Shown piece after piece: positions 1-14,000 of a stretch of DNA of 64,000 bases; position 1 is the stretch's first letter, and every line of letters begins with the position of its first letter. Under the pieces are notes generated by a model that was not told the origin of the DNA, did not search any database, and was given only the letters and a program-made list of their open reading frames with translations. The stretch covers positions 183,762-247,761 of the forward strand of contig MNCI01000135.1 in assembly GCA_015680685.1 (NCBI GenBank), in the 5' to 3' direction. A program made the translations under genes and the position numbers. This stretch comes from Gnetum montanum. Its lineage: Eukaryota > Plantae > Gnetophyta.

Positions 1-3000
1 GTGGGAGAGAAGATCTAGGGACCTGGCGGCTCTGCGTTCTTGGCACGGGTCCCTCGAAAAAGGTCGCAACATCCTGTAGACCACGGATAGTGGGCAGGAC
101 GATTTCTCCTGTAGCTGGGGCCCCAAACAGCTGGCAATGGCAGATTCTGTGATATGAATCTCGCGTCCTTGGAAGTTGGTTCTGTCACCATTCCAGTTGG
201 CAAAAATCTCGTCGTCTGCAAGGTCCGGGTTGCTGACCAGCCGCTGCAACAGGCCAGACCAACCGCACCGGGTGACCAACCGCCAGAGCTCGTCATCATC
301 TCGGAAGGTGGCGCAGTCAGGCTCGAACGTTGGCGTGACACCCATGGTAGCCGTAAGCTTGCTCCACGCTTGGCAGGTCAACGCAATTATCTGTTGGGGA
401 GGAGGGGTCCTGTCTTGTTGAAAAATAGTGCGGTTGCGTGCCTTCCAAGCGACCCATAAAAGCATGGACGTCTAGGAGTTGCCTGTCAGCTGCCTCGGGG
501 GCGGGGGGCATCGTCGTTTCTTGCCAGGTGGCACGCATGCAGGGGTAGTCGTAAATGAAGTGCGTTATTGTTTCGGATGCAGCGTGACAGTGTGGACACG
601 TGTTGTCCTGCATGATGCCGCACCGTCTCAGGACGGTGCATACAGGGAGTGCCTTAGATTTGATTAGCCACAGAAACATTTTGATTTTTTCGGGGAGCCG
701 CTTGCGCCAGATCCGCTGCCAGCCATCCTCCGAGGGATATTTTTCTGTCAACAGGGTGCGTGGCTCGAGGTGGATCTAGCCCTGGGTCAACATTGTTTGT
801 GCGTGCTAGCAGATCGTCTGCCATGGCCGCGAGGCGCTCGTTCCAACATCCCACTGCGTGTACTTCCTTTGGGTGATGTAGGCCCACTGATTGAGCTCCC
901 CGTGTATGCGTGTTAGGCGGTGGAGGAGCCGTTGCTGTCCCAACATGATTTCATCCTCGAAGGACGTAATGCCCAGCCCCCCCATCTTACGAGGACGCAC
1001 AATGCGGGTACAATTAACGAGGTGAAGCTTGCCCCCCCCCCCCCCCCCCCCCCCCNNNNNNNNNNNNNNNNNNNNNNNNNNNNNNNNNNNNNNNNNNNNN
1101 NNNNNNNNNNNNNNNNNNNNNNNNNNNNNNNNNNNNNNNNNNNNNNNNNNNNNNNNNNNNNNNNNNNNNNNNNNNNNNNNNNNNNNNNNNNNNNNNNNNN
1201 NNNNNNNNNNNNNNNTGAATTTTTCCAGCCCCATTGGAAAAGCGGGATGCCCAGGTAGGTGTCGTTGGTTGTCCCCGGCTGGATGTCTAGGATTTGCACC
1301 ACCCTATCGTTCACTTGTGTATCAACCTTAATGAAGTGTGCTGCTGATTTGGTGCGGTTGATTTCCAATCCTAATTCTTCGGCCAATCGGGTCAGGGCTA
1401 TGTTAATACATCATGCTTGTGGGGCCGCTACCCGACTAAGTAACATGGTGTCATCGGCATAGTGTTCGACACGGCAGGCCACCCCAGCAATGTCCAATCC
1501 TTCCACCCCAGCCATGTTGCAATAATGTTGCATGAGGTCTATGGCAATGATGAAGAGTAGGGGCGAAAGTGGGTTACCCTGTCTCAAGCCCCTACCGGGA
1601 GATGAGAAACCCCACAACTACCCCCCCACATCGAAAGAGAAACCTGCGGAGGATTGGATGTGCAGACACAGTTGGATGAACCTTCGATCAAACCCTTTTT
1701 GATGCATAATGTCTTGCAAGGCTTCCCAATTGAGCGTGTCATATGCCTTAGCTATGTCAAGCTTCAAACATAGACTAGGGAAACCTGTGGTGCGGAGGGA
1801 ATGCAGGATCTCCTGCATGAGGAGAACCTGATCCTGGAGGGTCCTACCCTAAACAAAGCCAGCCTGATTGCTTCCCACCAATTTGGGCAGAAGAGGCCCA
1901 AGTCGGTTGACCAGGAGCTTGGAGAAGATCCTGATAAGGATGTTGCAAACTCCAATGGGACGAAAGTGTTCCGAGCGGTGGGCGTCCAACTGCTTGGGGA
2001 TGCACACGATTTGAGAGCAGTTGATTTCCCGTCGCACTTGCCACCTGGCCAACATGACGTTGAAAGCATCCAGGATATTGGGCCCCACAATATCCAGAAA
2101 ATTTTTGAAGAATTCAAGCGACCAGCCATCCAGTCCAGGTGCTTTCCCTCCTGGCATGTTGTTGATGGTGGTAGTTAGTTCCAGCCAAGAGAAGGGGGCC
2201 ATCAGTCGCCGGTTGTCCGCTTCGTGAAGCACCTTCACCACTTAGACCGAAATGGGTTTGGTAGGCCGCTTGGTCCAAATTTTCCCCTAGTATTGTGACA
2301 GCTCGTTGGCTATCCCTTGCGGGTCATCGATAACCTCGCTTGTCTGGGTTCAGAGGTAGCGGGCCTGGCTTTTGCCAAGCGTTTTGGCCATGGCAAAGAA
2401 GAATTTTGTCTGTTTGTCTCCTTCTCAGAGCCAGCTGATCCAGGAGTGCTGCCGCCAATACGTTTCCTCCTCCAGGTCAAGGTTCTGGAGTTGTTGTGAG
2501 AGACGCATCTCCTCCGAATGCAAGTCCTCCCCAGTCTCCTGCCGCGCCTGGACTTGTCCCAGCTGCTCACGAACCATCCTTAGGCCAGATCTGAAAGAGA
2601 ATTTCTCCTCCATCGGGAGGGCCTGAATGGCCCACTTTGGCCGGAGCAGGGCCTCTTTGAGGAAGTTCTGAGGATCAACCCGATTAGGTTGGTAATCAGC
2701 CCAGATATCCTCAACCAAAGGCCATAACCACGGTTTAGAGAGCCACGTGGCCTCGAACCGGAAGGGGCGTGGCGGCCGGGGCTTATCCGACCCAAGGGAA
2801 ACGACTAGCGAGCGATGGTTGGAGGTGACCCTTTCCTGCCCCGTCACGTGCATAGCGGTGCAGAGGAGGAGATCAGAGTTGACGCAAACCCGATTGATGT
2901 GGGAAAGGATACGGTTTGACCCTTTTCGCCGATTGCTCCAGTTGAACTGACAGTTCTTGATGGGTAAGTCAACCAGGGAGTGCGTAGCCAGGAAGTCAAG

Positions 3001-3748
3001 GAAAGCCTGTGCACCTGAAGGTGGGGGGGGGGGGGCAGCTCCCCCAGCTTTCTCCCAAGGGTGTAGGCGTTGGTTGGGGTCGCCCACCACCAGCCAGGAA
3101 TGGTGGTTTGGCACCAGCGGTGCCACCCGGTTCAGCTCCTGCAGCCGCGACTCCGAAGTCTGTGCCCCATAGAAGTTGGTTAGCCAGATCCCTTGGGCAG
3201 GAATTTGGACCGTGAGGGCCCATGGAGAGGCGTCTACCAAGCTCATGGTGTATTGTGCCAAGATGGCAAGACCCCCGGCTTTGCCCTGGCAGGGGTGCAG
3301 GTGGGTAGCCCAGCCCTCCCATTGGAGATGGCACGATTCTTCTGCTTGCAGTTTGGTTTCCTGGAGGCAGACGATGTCACAGTTTTCCTCTCTAACAATA
3401 CGACGCAGGGTATTTCTTTTATAGGGGGTGCCCTGTCCCTTGCAATTCCAGCTGAGAATCTTCATGTGCAACCAGAGGTGCAGCATTGGTAGACCTCCCG
3501 AAGGGTCTGTTGCTGTCTCAAGTCGATATTTCGTTGGGCTTGTTTGCTTCGGGATCTGGTCTTGGTCGGTCGGCCTTTGCGTCCCTCGCCATCCTGCACC
3601 ACAGGGCTGCATCCGGTCTCCTCGGCGGGGGACTCCTGCTTCTGACGCTGTCGGGTTCGGGTGCTGCCCCGAACAATGTTAACCCATTCCCCCAGAGGGG
3701 GAAGCTCTGGTTCCGGTTCCTGCGTGCTCGGCTGGATGATTGGTGATC
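1..3748 (-). mobile_element. L1-clade LINE copy 1 (ORF1 3' end + ORF2 EN-RT-zf-RVT + start of C-terminal accessory domain); runs off the left edge
   Basis: APE endonuclease motifs MKILSWNCKG, VCLQETK, VVGDPN, SNH, FRFEATWL (2425-3465); KAPGLDG, FRPIGVCN, KLDIAKAYD, GLRQGNPLSP, HYADD (1411-2241); YLGIP; zf-RVT KIKMFLWL..CPHC..ETITHF; LLWVAWKARNRTIF; then MGVTPTFEPDC from 345 leftwards. Frameshifts and stops present. Confidence 0.95.
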
Positions 3749-3796
3749 NNNNNNNNNNNNNNNNNNNNNNNNNNNNNNNNNNNNNNNNNNNNNNNN

Positions 3797-6530
3797 GTTC
3801 ATGTGGGTTGTGTGGGTTGGGATTATATTATAATAGAAAATGTACAAGATACATCAAAAAGGGGTGGGGGAGAGAACCCCCCCAAGAAGCCAAGAGGAGA
3901 GATCTCCTAAGGAAGACACATCTAGCAGCAAAAAGCGGCGAAACAGATCATAACATGTCAAACAGTAAACAGACCCTATCTCATGACCATGATCCCCAAC
4001 AAAATCAACAAACTGACAAGATAATTTTTTGATAAACTGGCAGAAACGACAAGCTATCACAGAATCGGTGGGGTTTCACAAGCACATCTGGGCCTTAACT
4101 CATTGTAGAACTTGTTCACAACATCCTGTTCATCCTTACAACTAAGGAAATATGCCACCTGTTGGAAAGTTTGGTACTTTTTCTCCACCTTGCTGAGGTC
4201 CTTGGATTTATCCAAGTGGTAGGCAAAGGAAACCTGTCGGACGAAAGAGCGAAGGTCATCCCATGAAGTGTTGATGTTTATGCCCCTTATGACATATGGG
4301 CATTGTCTAGAGCCCAACCAGTCCTTCACATTGGTTTCAGGATACTTCATTAATCTGATCCACATCTCCTCATGTTCTTGTCTCTTGGCCTCCTTCCTCT
4401 TGCCTCTCTCATTCTTGCCTCTTCTGCTTCATGCATAAGTTCAGCCTTGATGCTGTATCGAAGTTCATTTTCTACTCTGAAGTGCAATTCAATTGCTTCC
4501 CATTTGTGTGTCTGCCTAGCTTCCTCTGCTTCCTGTTTGTGCATCACCCTATCTTCCTCGTACTGAATTTGATGTCTTTGTGAGGCTTCCCACTTTAGAT
4601 GAATCTCCATGTTCTTGATAGCCTGCATAAGTTCTGTGGTTGCCTCCTGCTTTGGTTTATTCTTAATTTTTCTAACTCTTAGTTGAACATCATCTGCAAA
4701 TCTCTCTTTTGTCACCTTCTTCCAGGACTGCTTTAGAATCCTTTTGCTCTGCTCAAAGTGATCATGGAACTATGCTTTTAGCTCAACCCTTTAACTGCTC
4801 CTTCAGAATGCTAAATTAAGGATTTCCCTCATTCTGGATGATCCGATGAGATCCTTCCCATTTCACCGAACCTTCCACATGCAGCTCCCAAATAGCAGAG
4901 GAATCAACATCCCCCAAATTTAAATTAGGAGTGTTTGTCAATTGGTTAGCTGATCCCATGTAAGGCGTTGATGTTTATAGACTCTAGTGATGCTGGGTGC
5001 AGTCGGAGCCCACTGTGGGGCATGATTCCTCATATCAGCTTGCTAGAGAGCAAGAATTAATCCTGAGTGCTTATCCATTTGCCTTTGTTCTAATGCTGCC
5101 AGAAAGAATTTTGAAAGATTATCTTATCATCAAAGCAACAGGTACTAATTAAAGGTGAAGTGAGCACCCTACAATTTCCATGCATTCTCAGAGTGAATGA
5201 AAAATGTGTCTATGAATTTGGCAGCCTGATGCCAAAGTGAAGAAAGCTTAGAGTGTAAAACTTGACCACTGAACATCCACGGGATTGGGCCTTGAAAGAA
5301 AAGGTTAGCTTTGTGCAGGCTGGTGAGGTAGGAAGAATGAGCTCACCACTATAGGGAATGCCCAGGTACTTGCTGATGGACTCCTCTGTAAGTTGGATCT
5401 TCATGCCACGAGACTGAGTTGCATTACCACACCATTTGTTGACGAATTGTGTGTTCTTGAAGTCTTCATTACCACATAGTTTTGGCAGCAGTTCATCCCA
5501 ACTGATGGCCTCCTTTAGAGCCCTGAGCTCGACATTTGCTTGGAATTTGGCACATTGAGGCCTGAAAGTGGTTGTCACTCCCATAGCAATAGTGGCCTCC
5601 TTTCAAAGTCTCCAAGTAGAGCATGCTAGAATCGACAAATCACCTGGTATCTTAGCATTGGCTTTGATGCCTGCAAAGACCCAAACTTGTCTACTATAGC
5701 AACAATTGTAGAAGAGGTGCTCTGTTGTTTCCAAAGCATTAGAGTTGTAAAGCATACAATGTTCTTCCATGTTAAACTTTTGCACAGAAAGGAAAGAGCA
5801 AGTTAGAACTGCATGCCTTTGTAGCAACCAAGCAAACACTTTTATTTTCTCAGGCAGTCTGCCCTTCCACAAAATGTGCCACCCATGCATGGTGGGATAC
5901 TTATGATGTGTAAATTGCCTCTCTGTACCATGTATGGTAAATTGCGATTGAGTAATGAAATCAAAATGAGAACATAAACATTTCCATATCGTTGATGCCT
6001 TGAGGGTGCGCCATAGCTCATACTTCCTTCTCTCATGATTTGAATCCACAATGTGTCCTCATCATATTGAACACGATACATTAAATTATGCTGGCCCATC
6101 ATAATGTAGTCTTTGAAGTAGGTTACCCCCAGTCTTACCGCTCTTCTTGGTTTAGCCACAACTTCCCAACCAACCAAATGAACTTTAGGACCTCCCTTCC
6201 CCCCTGACTAGATGATGTTTTGGATCAAGCTATTCGCATTGTTAACACCTTTCTTGGGAGGTTGGCACATAGAGGCCATGTACCTAGCAATAGCAACCAA
6301 CACAAAATTTGCCAAAATAATTCTACCTTTACTGGTCAGGAAACATGTGCTTCAATGTTCAATTCTTATTTGGACCTTATGTGGGAAATTATTCCAAGTG
6401 CAAACCTTGTTCTACGAGAATATATGAATTCTCAGGTAAACATTTAGAATCAAGCCACTTCTGGTTGAAAGGAGTCTACAAATTTTTTCTTTTATGTTGG
6501 CATCAGTCTTGGTGAAATGAGCATGAGATG
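3797..6530 (-). mobile_element. 5'-truncated LINE copy 2 (ORF2 3' part: zf-RVT, accessory domain, coiled coil, J-domain, 3' UTR)
   Basis: HLVGWEVVAKP (~6180); LWKGRLPEKIKVFAWLL..CMLY..ETTEHLFYNC (5603-6049) in the same frame as MGVTTTFRPQC (5210-5584); E/K/R-rich ORF 4350-4715; J-like ORF 4057-4365. The 3' end runs into an N gap. Confidence 0.9.
4057..4365 (-). pseudogene. DnaJ/Hsp40 J-domain at the C-terminus of LINE copy 2 (HLD variant)
   Basis: CPYVIRGININTSWDDLRSFVRQVSFAYHLDKSKDLSKVEKKYQTFQQVAYFLS..EQDVVN fits the J-domain consensus (PYxxLG..S..EIK..YR..A..HPDK...F..I..AY..LS). Confidence 0.8.
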
Positions 6531-7010
6531 GCACTTTTGTGTGTGTGTTAATGTTCATGTTCGTATTTGAAGTTTGGCCATTTTACATTAGTACTGTTTG
6601 CATGGTGGTTAAAGCTTGTGACTTGCATCTCACAAGGCTAGTTGGTAAAGCTAAGATATATAGACTTTGTGCAAAAGGATTATGGCTGAAATTCAACATG
6701 TTGCAGTAGATTCCTAAAGTCTCCATATGAACATATTAAAACAGTTTATTTCAGTTTCATATTTGTTACATCTGCATCACTCGAATAAAAGTGGCAGCTT
6801 CGAATACTTACAAAAATGTATTTACTGTACAAGTGGATTGCTTTCATTTCAAATTTTTTGAGTGCATGAATGCAGCTGCAAAAATCATGGATGTGTTTAT
6901 ATTAATTCATTTGAAAATCCTAAAAGATGAATTTCAATCTTGTAAATTTATTGGCTATAGCTTATCATGCATAATGTAATGGCGTAATGTTTATTAATTG
7001 GCTGCAACAG

Positions 7011-7058
7011 ACATTCTTTATTGCTGCACTATTGGCTATGCAATACACGAAAGGATTG
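7011..7058 (+). CDS. CMT1: Internal exon of GDT1-like/UPF0016 chloroplast manganese transporter (CMT1/PAM71-HL-like)
   Basis: cag|ACATTC...GGATTG|gtaag; encodes TFFIAALLAMQYTKGL, the segment after the first E-x-G-D-K motif of UPF0016 proteins; 48 nt, phase 0/0. Confidence 0.9.
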
Positions 7059-8009
7059 GTAAGACTTTAGTTTTTAGGTATTTGAATTGTTGGTAATCAT
7101 GAAAATTGTTATGTTATCCATTATACATTATCATTTTATGTTAATGCTTTGATGATATTGACAGTTATGTGGTGTACTGAAACTATAGGTTCTGGAAATA
7201 ATTTCTGGGATTAAATAATATTGGATATTACCATTGTGACAATAAATCTAATTCAAAAGTAATACTGCGTCTTTTTCAGCTAGTTTGATTTTCTGAACAT
7301 GTTGAAATGTCTAAGTGTTTTTTATCCTTTTTTTCGGTCTGAATTCCGGGATGTAAAAATAACTAAAATTCATTAGGAAATTTTAAAAATTAAATAAAAA
7401 CTTTTGTATATAGTCAAACATATCATACAGACTCAAATCTAGAAAAAATATGTCAAATTCATCATACATAATCATTTTCCAATGTCTCATTGTTTTTCTT
7501 AATTTCTCTTTTTAACTTATTTCCACTGTCTCATTGTTGTCCTTAATTTCTCTTTTTAACTTTATTTTCATGTGATAAAATGTGCCCCTTGTCTCATGTA
7601 TGATGACCTACGGACATGAAATGCATTTTATATCCTGGTTTGCCTTCAAGATTGCCACATTTGATATGTCATGTGAGGCCAAGAAGTGGGTACAGGGTAC
7701 ATGCAGTTTTTCTTGGGAGCCGTGTTTGATGCCAAACCATTAGGTCCCAATTCCCTAAGGACTCATAAGTAAAGTGATAGACTATCAAATGGCACACTAC
7801 CAAATTGGTTAAGTTAGTATTCACTACTTGACTAAGGATACTGATGCTCTAATAAACAAACACGCTAAATTAAATCTAAAACATAATAGTTACTAAATTA
7901 ATTTAAAACAGAACAGTGACAGATGCTTAAATTTAATGCTACAGAAACCATGGACTCATTTGGTGAAAAAACCTTTTCAGTCAACACTAGTAAAATGGAA
8001 CTTGAAAGA

Positions 8010-11000
8010 ATCTAAGATGAGCAGTAGCGTGAGCAGGTGTGGGAGTGGGTGTGGGAATGGTGGGCGCAAGGGAGGAGAGGAGCAGAGTGGGCATGGTGGG
8101 TGCGAGGGGGGAGGAGCCTCATAGGACCTTAATGAGGATGCGGGTGGGGGCATGGCAAGTGCAAAAAGGGGGGGTGGGGTGGTGGTGGGTTGCTCTTTGG
8201 CAAGAGTGGAGTTGGTGGAGATAGATAGGGGATGAACCAACAACATGAAGGTGGAGGGGGCGGGGCTTGGTAGCCAAGCGTTGGGGGTGTTGATGCCATT
8301 GTTTGGGAAGGGGCTACATGAGGTTGTGGGTCAAGGGCCTCCCAAGAGGGCCTATGTATGATGGATCTTAGCCTCATTGGCCATTTTGTTTCTTTGGGGT
8401 CTAGGCCTCTGCTTGACCTTGTTCGGAAATGGGCAGTTGCTATCTAGGCCCTTGACCAGGTCTAGGTGAGGTCTCTTGTTGCTAATCTTCTTTAGTTCAT
8501 TTTTCAGTCCCCTACAGACAAAGATAGGGTCCTTTTGGGGGAACCCTGGTTTTTTGGGGTGCATGGCATGGCGCTCACATATTGGTGACCGGAAGCTCAT
8601 AAGGAAACAAAGCTGTTCTCTTACACTCTTGTCTAGGTGCGTGTCTTTGGGGTGCCATGGGATCTTTGGATGGATGGCTTCCTAAGGACTTTGGCTGAAC
8701 AGTTTGGGGAATTTATCTCCTTTGATAAATTCACCACAATGAAGGAACGCATGGGCTACGCCTACTTCTGTGTGTGGGGATCATTATCCCCTAAAAAACT
8801 CCTAAAGGAAGTTATCATTGACTTGCCCTTAGGAGAGGAATGCTTAAATGTGAAATATGAGAATGTTTTGCGAACAAAGCCTACACCAAGCTGTGAAGCT
8901 CGTGGGCACCAGATGGCCTGTGCAACCTATGGAAAGACAAACCATTGCACTCATGAGTGTAGAGTGCACCCTAAGGCTCCCACAAAGGGACTAAAAGGGC
9001 TGAAAAGAAATATGGATGAGGGTGGGTGATTGCTAGTGGAGAAAAGGGGAAGTCGTTGCTGGTGTCCCCCTCCAGCAGGGCCTGCACATACATCTTCAAG
9101 AGGTTTTGATGAGAAATTGAAGATAGTGGCTGAAGTTGCAAATGGGTCCTTGGGTCCCTATGCCCCCCTGTTGACCATGAGTTGCATGTTGGAGCCTCGA
9201 CTAAGGATAGGGTGGAAACCAAATCCCCTACAAGCCTTGCTGAAACTCTAGTTTTGGAGATTGCTATGCTAGCTTTCGGTAACCTTACTTAGGGATGAGC
9301 TTCCTTTGCTTGGCGATTGGGTGTTGGCTATGCAGGGTTCTTCCAAGCCTTCATTTGATTTGGTAGCAGAGAGGATTTTCGTGGAAGATTCACATGGGTT
9401 CCTTGTGATAGATGAGCCAAAGCGGCCTAGTAGGCCCTCCAACATACAATTGCAGACCAAGAAAATGCACTTTGAAATTGACCTTGGGGCCTAGAAGATT
9501 GTCAAGGAGGTCTATAAGAAACAATATGTGAGTAGACTATGAAGATTCTCTCATGGAATTGCAAGGATAGGGTACCCCTTACAAAATAAATACGCCTAAG
9601 GAATTGGCTCAAGAAGAGAAGTGCTCGTTGGTATGTTTACAAGAAACTAAGTTGAATGCCACTAACTGTGATACCCTTCAATGGCAGGGTTGGTATTGTT
9701 ATTTTGTGCATTGCAGGGGATAGGCTGGGGGCCTAGCCACGTATCCCAAAATCCTTGTGGTGCTAGATGAGTTGTTTTGGAGCCTCATCGTGTTCATTCC
9801 TGTGGAGGGTCTTTGGGTTACGAATTTTAATAGGCCTCAAGTTTGGAGTGATAGGCTGCATGAGATTATCAAGGTGGCAGGGCAAATCCCTGATTCCAAA
9901 TCCTGGATTATCATTGGGGATTTTAATTAACATCTATGTTCCTTGGAAAAGATGAGTATAGGTGATGTATCTGAATCTTTCCTAGGAAGTCAGGAGTTTT
10001 TGCAATTATTGCATAGGCATAGTCTAGTGGATCTTGACATTAAGGGATGTCATTTCACTTGGAGCAATAGGAGTGGCCATGATTGTGTTATGTCCCATAT
10101 TGATAGTCTTGGTTCACGTTGAATTGCTCACTAGATATGAGATTCTGGTCCAATGTTGTGAATAGCAAGCCTCAGATCACTGGGCTCTAGTTTGTTCAAT
10201 TACCCCCCTTGGACCCCCCATTGGCTCCTTTTCGGTTTGAGTGGGCATGGCTGTCCAAATGTTGGTTGCGTCAATTGATTGAAGATACTTGGGCTCTTTA
10301 TCCTACTACCAACACCAACCCAAGGGACTAACTCAAACAGGGCCTCAGTTGCTTGAAGAAACGAATTAAGAGTTTATAGGTGACCTAGAAGTACTCATTC
10401 TAGGAAATTAGGAGTTGTCTTCAACAACAATTGGCTGCCATCCAGTCCATGCAAGAAAATGGGGAACTTTTGGATGAAGAGGAGCATAACCTGCTGGTGG
10501 AGTTGTAAAGTTTGGATGCCTAGGAGGAACAATCTTGGAAGGAGAGGTCAAGGGCGAGTTGGCTCTAAGAGGGGGATCAACATACTTGTTTTTTCTTCAC
10601 GGCGGCCAAGGCTAATTGTTAAGGCAAACAAATTAATAGCATTTATAGAGCGTCAACATGCCTACATAAGCCACAAGACATTGCTCAAGAAATACAAAAT
10701 TTTTTGCATACAGTCTAGTTTGGGGGAGATTCCTTCCCTCTTTCTATTTTGACGCAAAAGGTTGTCAGCAAAGTAGACAATATGTCCCTCATTGCCCCAA
10801 TCTCCATGGTGGAGGTCTCTTGTGTTATGGATTCACTTAAGGTTGCTAGAGCCACAGGCCCGTATGGGTGGCCCATCCAATTCTTTTGGGAATTCTTTGA
10901 TGTTTTGGGGAAAAATGTGTTGGACACTTTCAATCTTATGCTTAGGTGGGGACAATTCCGAAAGGAGATTACTTGCTCTAGAATTGTCTTATTGCATAAG

Positions 11001-14000
11001 ATTTCCAACCCCTTGCTCCTTGCTTATTACATACCAATTGGGGTGTGTAACACCTTACGTAGGGTGTTCACAAAGATTTTGGTGCCTCATCTTCAGCCAC
11101 TAATGCCCACCTTAGTTGGTTCCCACTAAGTTGGTTTCATTAAGGGGAGGTCATTTAAGATCAGATTCTCCTGCTACAAGAAGTGGTCCATTCCATCCAA
11201 CAATCCAAATTCCAGGTATGTGCATTAAACTAGATATCACAAAAGCTTATGATAGTATTCAATGGCAAGCCCTTAGGGAAGTCATGCTTAAGAAAGGGAT
11301 TCACCAGCATTTTGTGGACCCCTCCATCAACATCTAGAAGGCTAGTGCCTATTCTTTTGATCTAGGTTGTTGGTTCTAGTGGTTTTCCTCCCTCATCAAG
11401 GGGTTACGCTAGGGGGATCCTCTTTCACCCTACCTATTTATTATCATCATGGATACCATGCAAATGTACTGTAGGGAGGAGGATGTTTGGGGATTTAGAA
11501 TTGTAGGCACTGCATGTGCTACTGAGCATTACACTGATGATACCATCATCATGACCTGGGCTAGGATGCCACAAGCTCTTGCTATAATTAGGTGTTGAAC
11601 TGTTTGGCACAAGAGATTGGCTTACAACCAAATAGGGGGAAGTTTGTGGTGCACTTTTTCCACACAAAAGCATCGATTTGGTTGTAGGTGTGCCAGTCTC
11701 TTGGGATCTTGCCAGGAACTGAGCATGAGTCTTACTTGGGTATCCCCATGTTTATGTGGAATAAACAAGTCACATGGACAAGGATGATTCAATGGCTACT
11801 ATTGTGGGTCAAGCATTGGACTGTCCTTTATCTTGCTTGCCATAACCCACTATGTTGCTTTTGTTGTCACTCTTCTTGTAGGGGTGATCAATAAAATCAA
11901 CCAAATCATCAGTAATTTCATGTGGTATGGTAGGAAAGGTGGGAATTGTCTGCACTTGATGTGCTGGGATACCGTGGCACGGCCCAAAGTTGTAGGAGGC
12001 TTGGGGGTGCTAAAATTTGAAGATGTCCTTTTGATGGGGCATCAGACTATGATCAATTAGTTGATGCAAGACTTGGGAAGCAAACCTTAATGGGCCCATA
12101 TCATGGCTTCAAAGTACATGCCTTGGGTTGCAGCACCAAGGAATTCACATGTGTGGTGAAACATTTGTGTTCATGCACACAAGTTGCTTCATGGCGGAAT
12201 GGTGGGATTGGCGTCCAAGGACACCATCAAGGTCAAGTATCCTGATTAGGACGGTTGGAAGTGTCTTTGGAGGGGCGGCTTCCTAAGAAAATCAAGTGGC
12301 TCACTCGACTTATTTTGCATGGTGCCTTACCGCTACGTGCATGACTCAAAGCATGGGGGAGGGGTTGGGTAATCAAATATGATGACTATCTATTATGTTG
12401 CTCATGCTCCGAATTTGCGACTCATCTTTTTGTCCATTGCTAGTTTGCTACTGAGGTGTGGGCTAAAGTAGGAACCTTTGTCACCTTGGGTGTGTCTAGG
12501 GACTCCTTTCATATTGTTGTTTTGTGGCAAATTTGGAAAGCCCGAAATGCTAGGATTTTCCATGGCCCACCTTATCTTGCCCCTGTGCATGTCGCTCTCT
12601 TAGCGCGTAGACTATGGGTTTAAGTGACAGCAACAATGGGGGTTATATTGACATTCGAGTTGGAGGTGGAGATGTTTTGTCAGAAGAGGCAACTCTGGGA
12701 TGTTGTGAGGTAGATGGGATGGGTTGAAGTGCTGTTGCTTCTTGTTGGTGAACCTGATCTTCCTGATAGTAGTTTCTTTTGGCAATGGCGAGGGGATTCG
12801 ATGATTTTCAGAGGGGTTTAGATTACCCTAATTGAGGATGCATTGGCGACTTACCTTGGGACGTTGACATCAGGTGAGGTCATCCTGCCTATGGGGAGGG
12901 GCCTATAAGATGCTAAGGGCTTCTTTGCTAGGCCGATCCCTAAGATTGCTAGTAGGCATGTACTGTGGTCTGCACTACCTCTCCTATGGCAAGAGCTAGT
13001 TGAAGTGGTTGATTGTTACTTTGTGCAGTTTGATAATGCTTGGAAGTTGCAAGGGGCTCACTTTGCCTTCCTACACTGCATGAGGGACGCATGGCTGGTG
13101 AATCTCCCCAAGTTCTTTCTAGCATCATTGCGTTGTGAGTGTAATGGGTGGAACTTGGGGCTCATTCTGGCCCTTTGGCAGGTGGCATAGCCTTTGGACC
13201 CTCCTGCTTGCTCTCTCCCTATTACTCGTGTTTATTGTAGGCGACATTTGTGTTAGGATGCCTCATCATCTTTAGCTCCAACTATGGGGGTTTCTAAGGA
13301 GTTGTCCTTTCCGTGGCCTCCTAGGGAAGTTGGGGTTTCAATGAATGCTAAGGTTGGAAGAAAGGAAGGACATAATGATTTGGAAGATAGACTCTAGCAG
13401 GTTCTGGCAAAAACTAAGGCTAGGGTCTATGAGGAGGAAAGGATGAGATGGTAGGCGGTTATGTTTCAATAGGCGCTGGATGTTTAGGCGAGGGCCTCGG
13501 CTGAGCACCGTTGACTTTGGGAGGAGGTTGAGGAGGTGTGGAGATAACATGAGTGTCGAGAGGCTAGTATTTGGCAGGAAAGGGAGGATGATCTTAGGTG
13601 GGAGAACATGGTGGAAATCCTCCAAGAGGAGGAGGATAGGAAATGTCTGGAGGAAGAAGCCAAAGTGTGGAGAGGTAGGACCCTTTTTGAAGAATAATAG
13701 ATGAGTGAGTGGCTTGATCAAGCTCACGAGTCTGAAGCTAGATGTTGGCTGTTGGAGGGGTGTTGCCCCTATGTAATTATGGACATCAACAAGAATGTGT
13801 CTTGGGCCACGTTGCTATGCTACATCCGGTCTTCTGCTGCTAGATTCCACCTGGATAAGATGAAAAATCAGCTTTTAGCGGAGATACAATGGAAGGAAGA
13901 GGAGTTCATTTGGTTGCAGCAGGCTACAACGTTCATGCCTTCTAAACACCAAAGGGAAACTCTTGACTAGGTTCACTCTAGGGTGCAACACATATGTGCC

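Noticed and set aside
4057-4365. J-domain ORFs as exons of a host DnaJ gene
   Set aside because: They occur on both strands, always at the same position inside LINEs between the coiled coil and 3' UTR, within TSDs where TSDs are visible, and without evident splice structure
7480-7565. Short local duplications (also 39405-39462)
   Set aside because: Ordinary slippage-type duplications in AT-rich intron sequence
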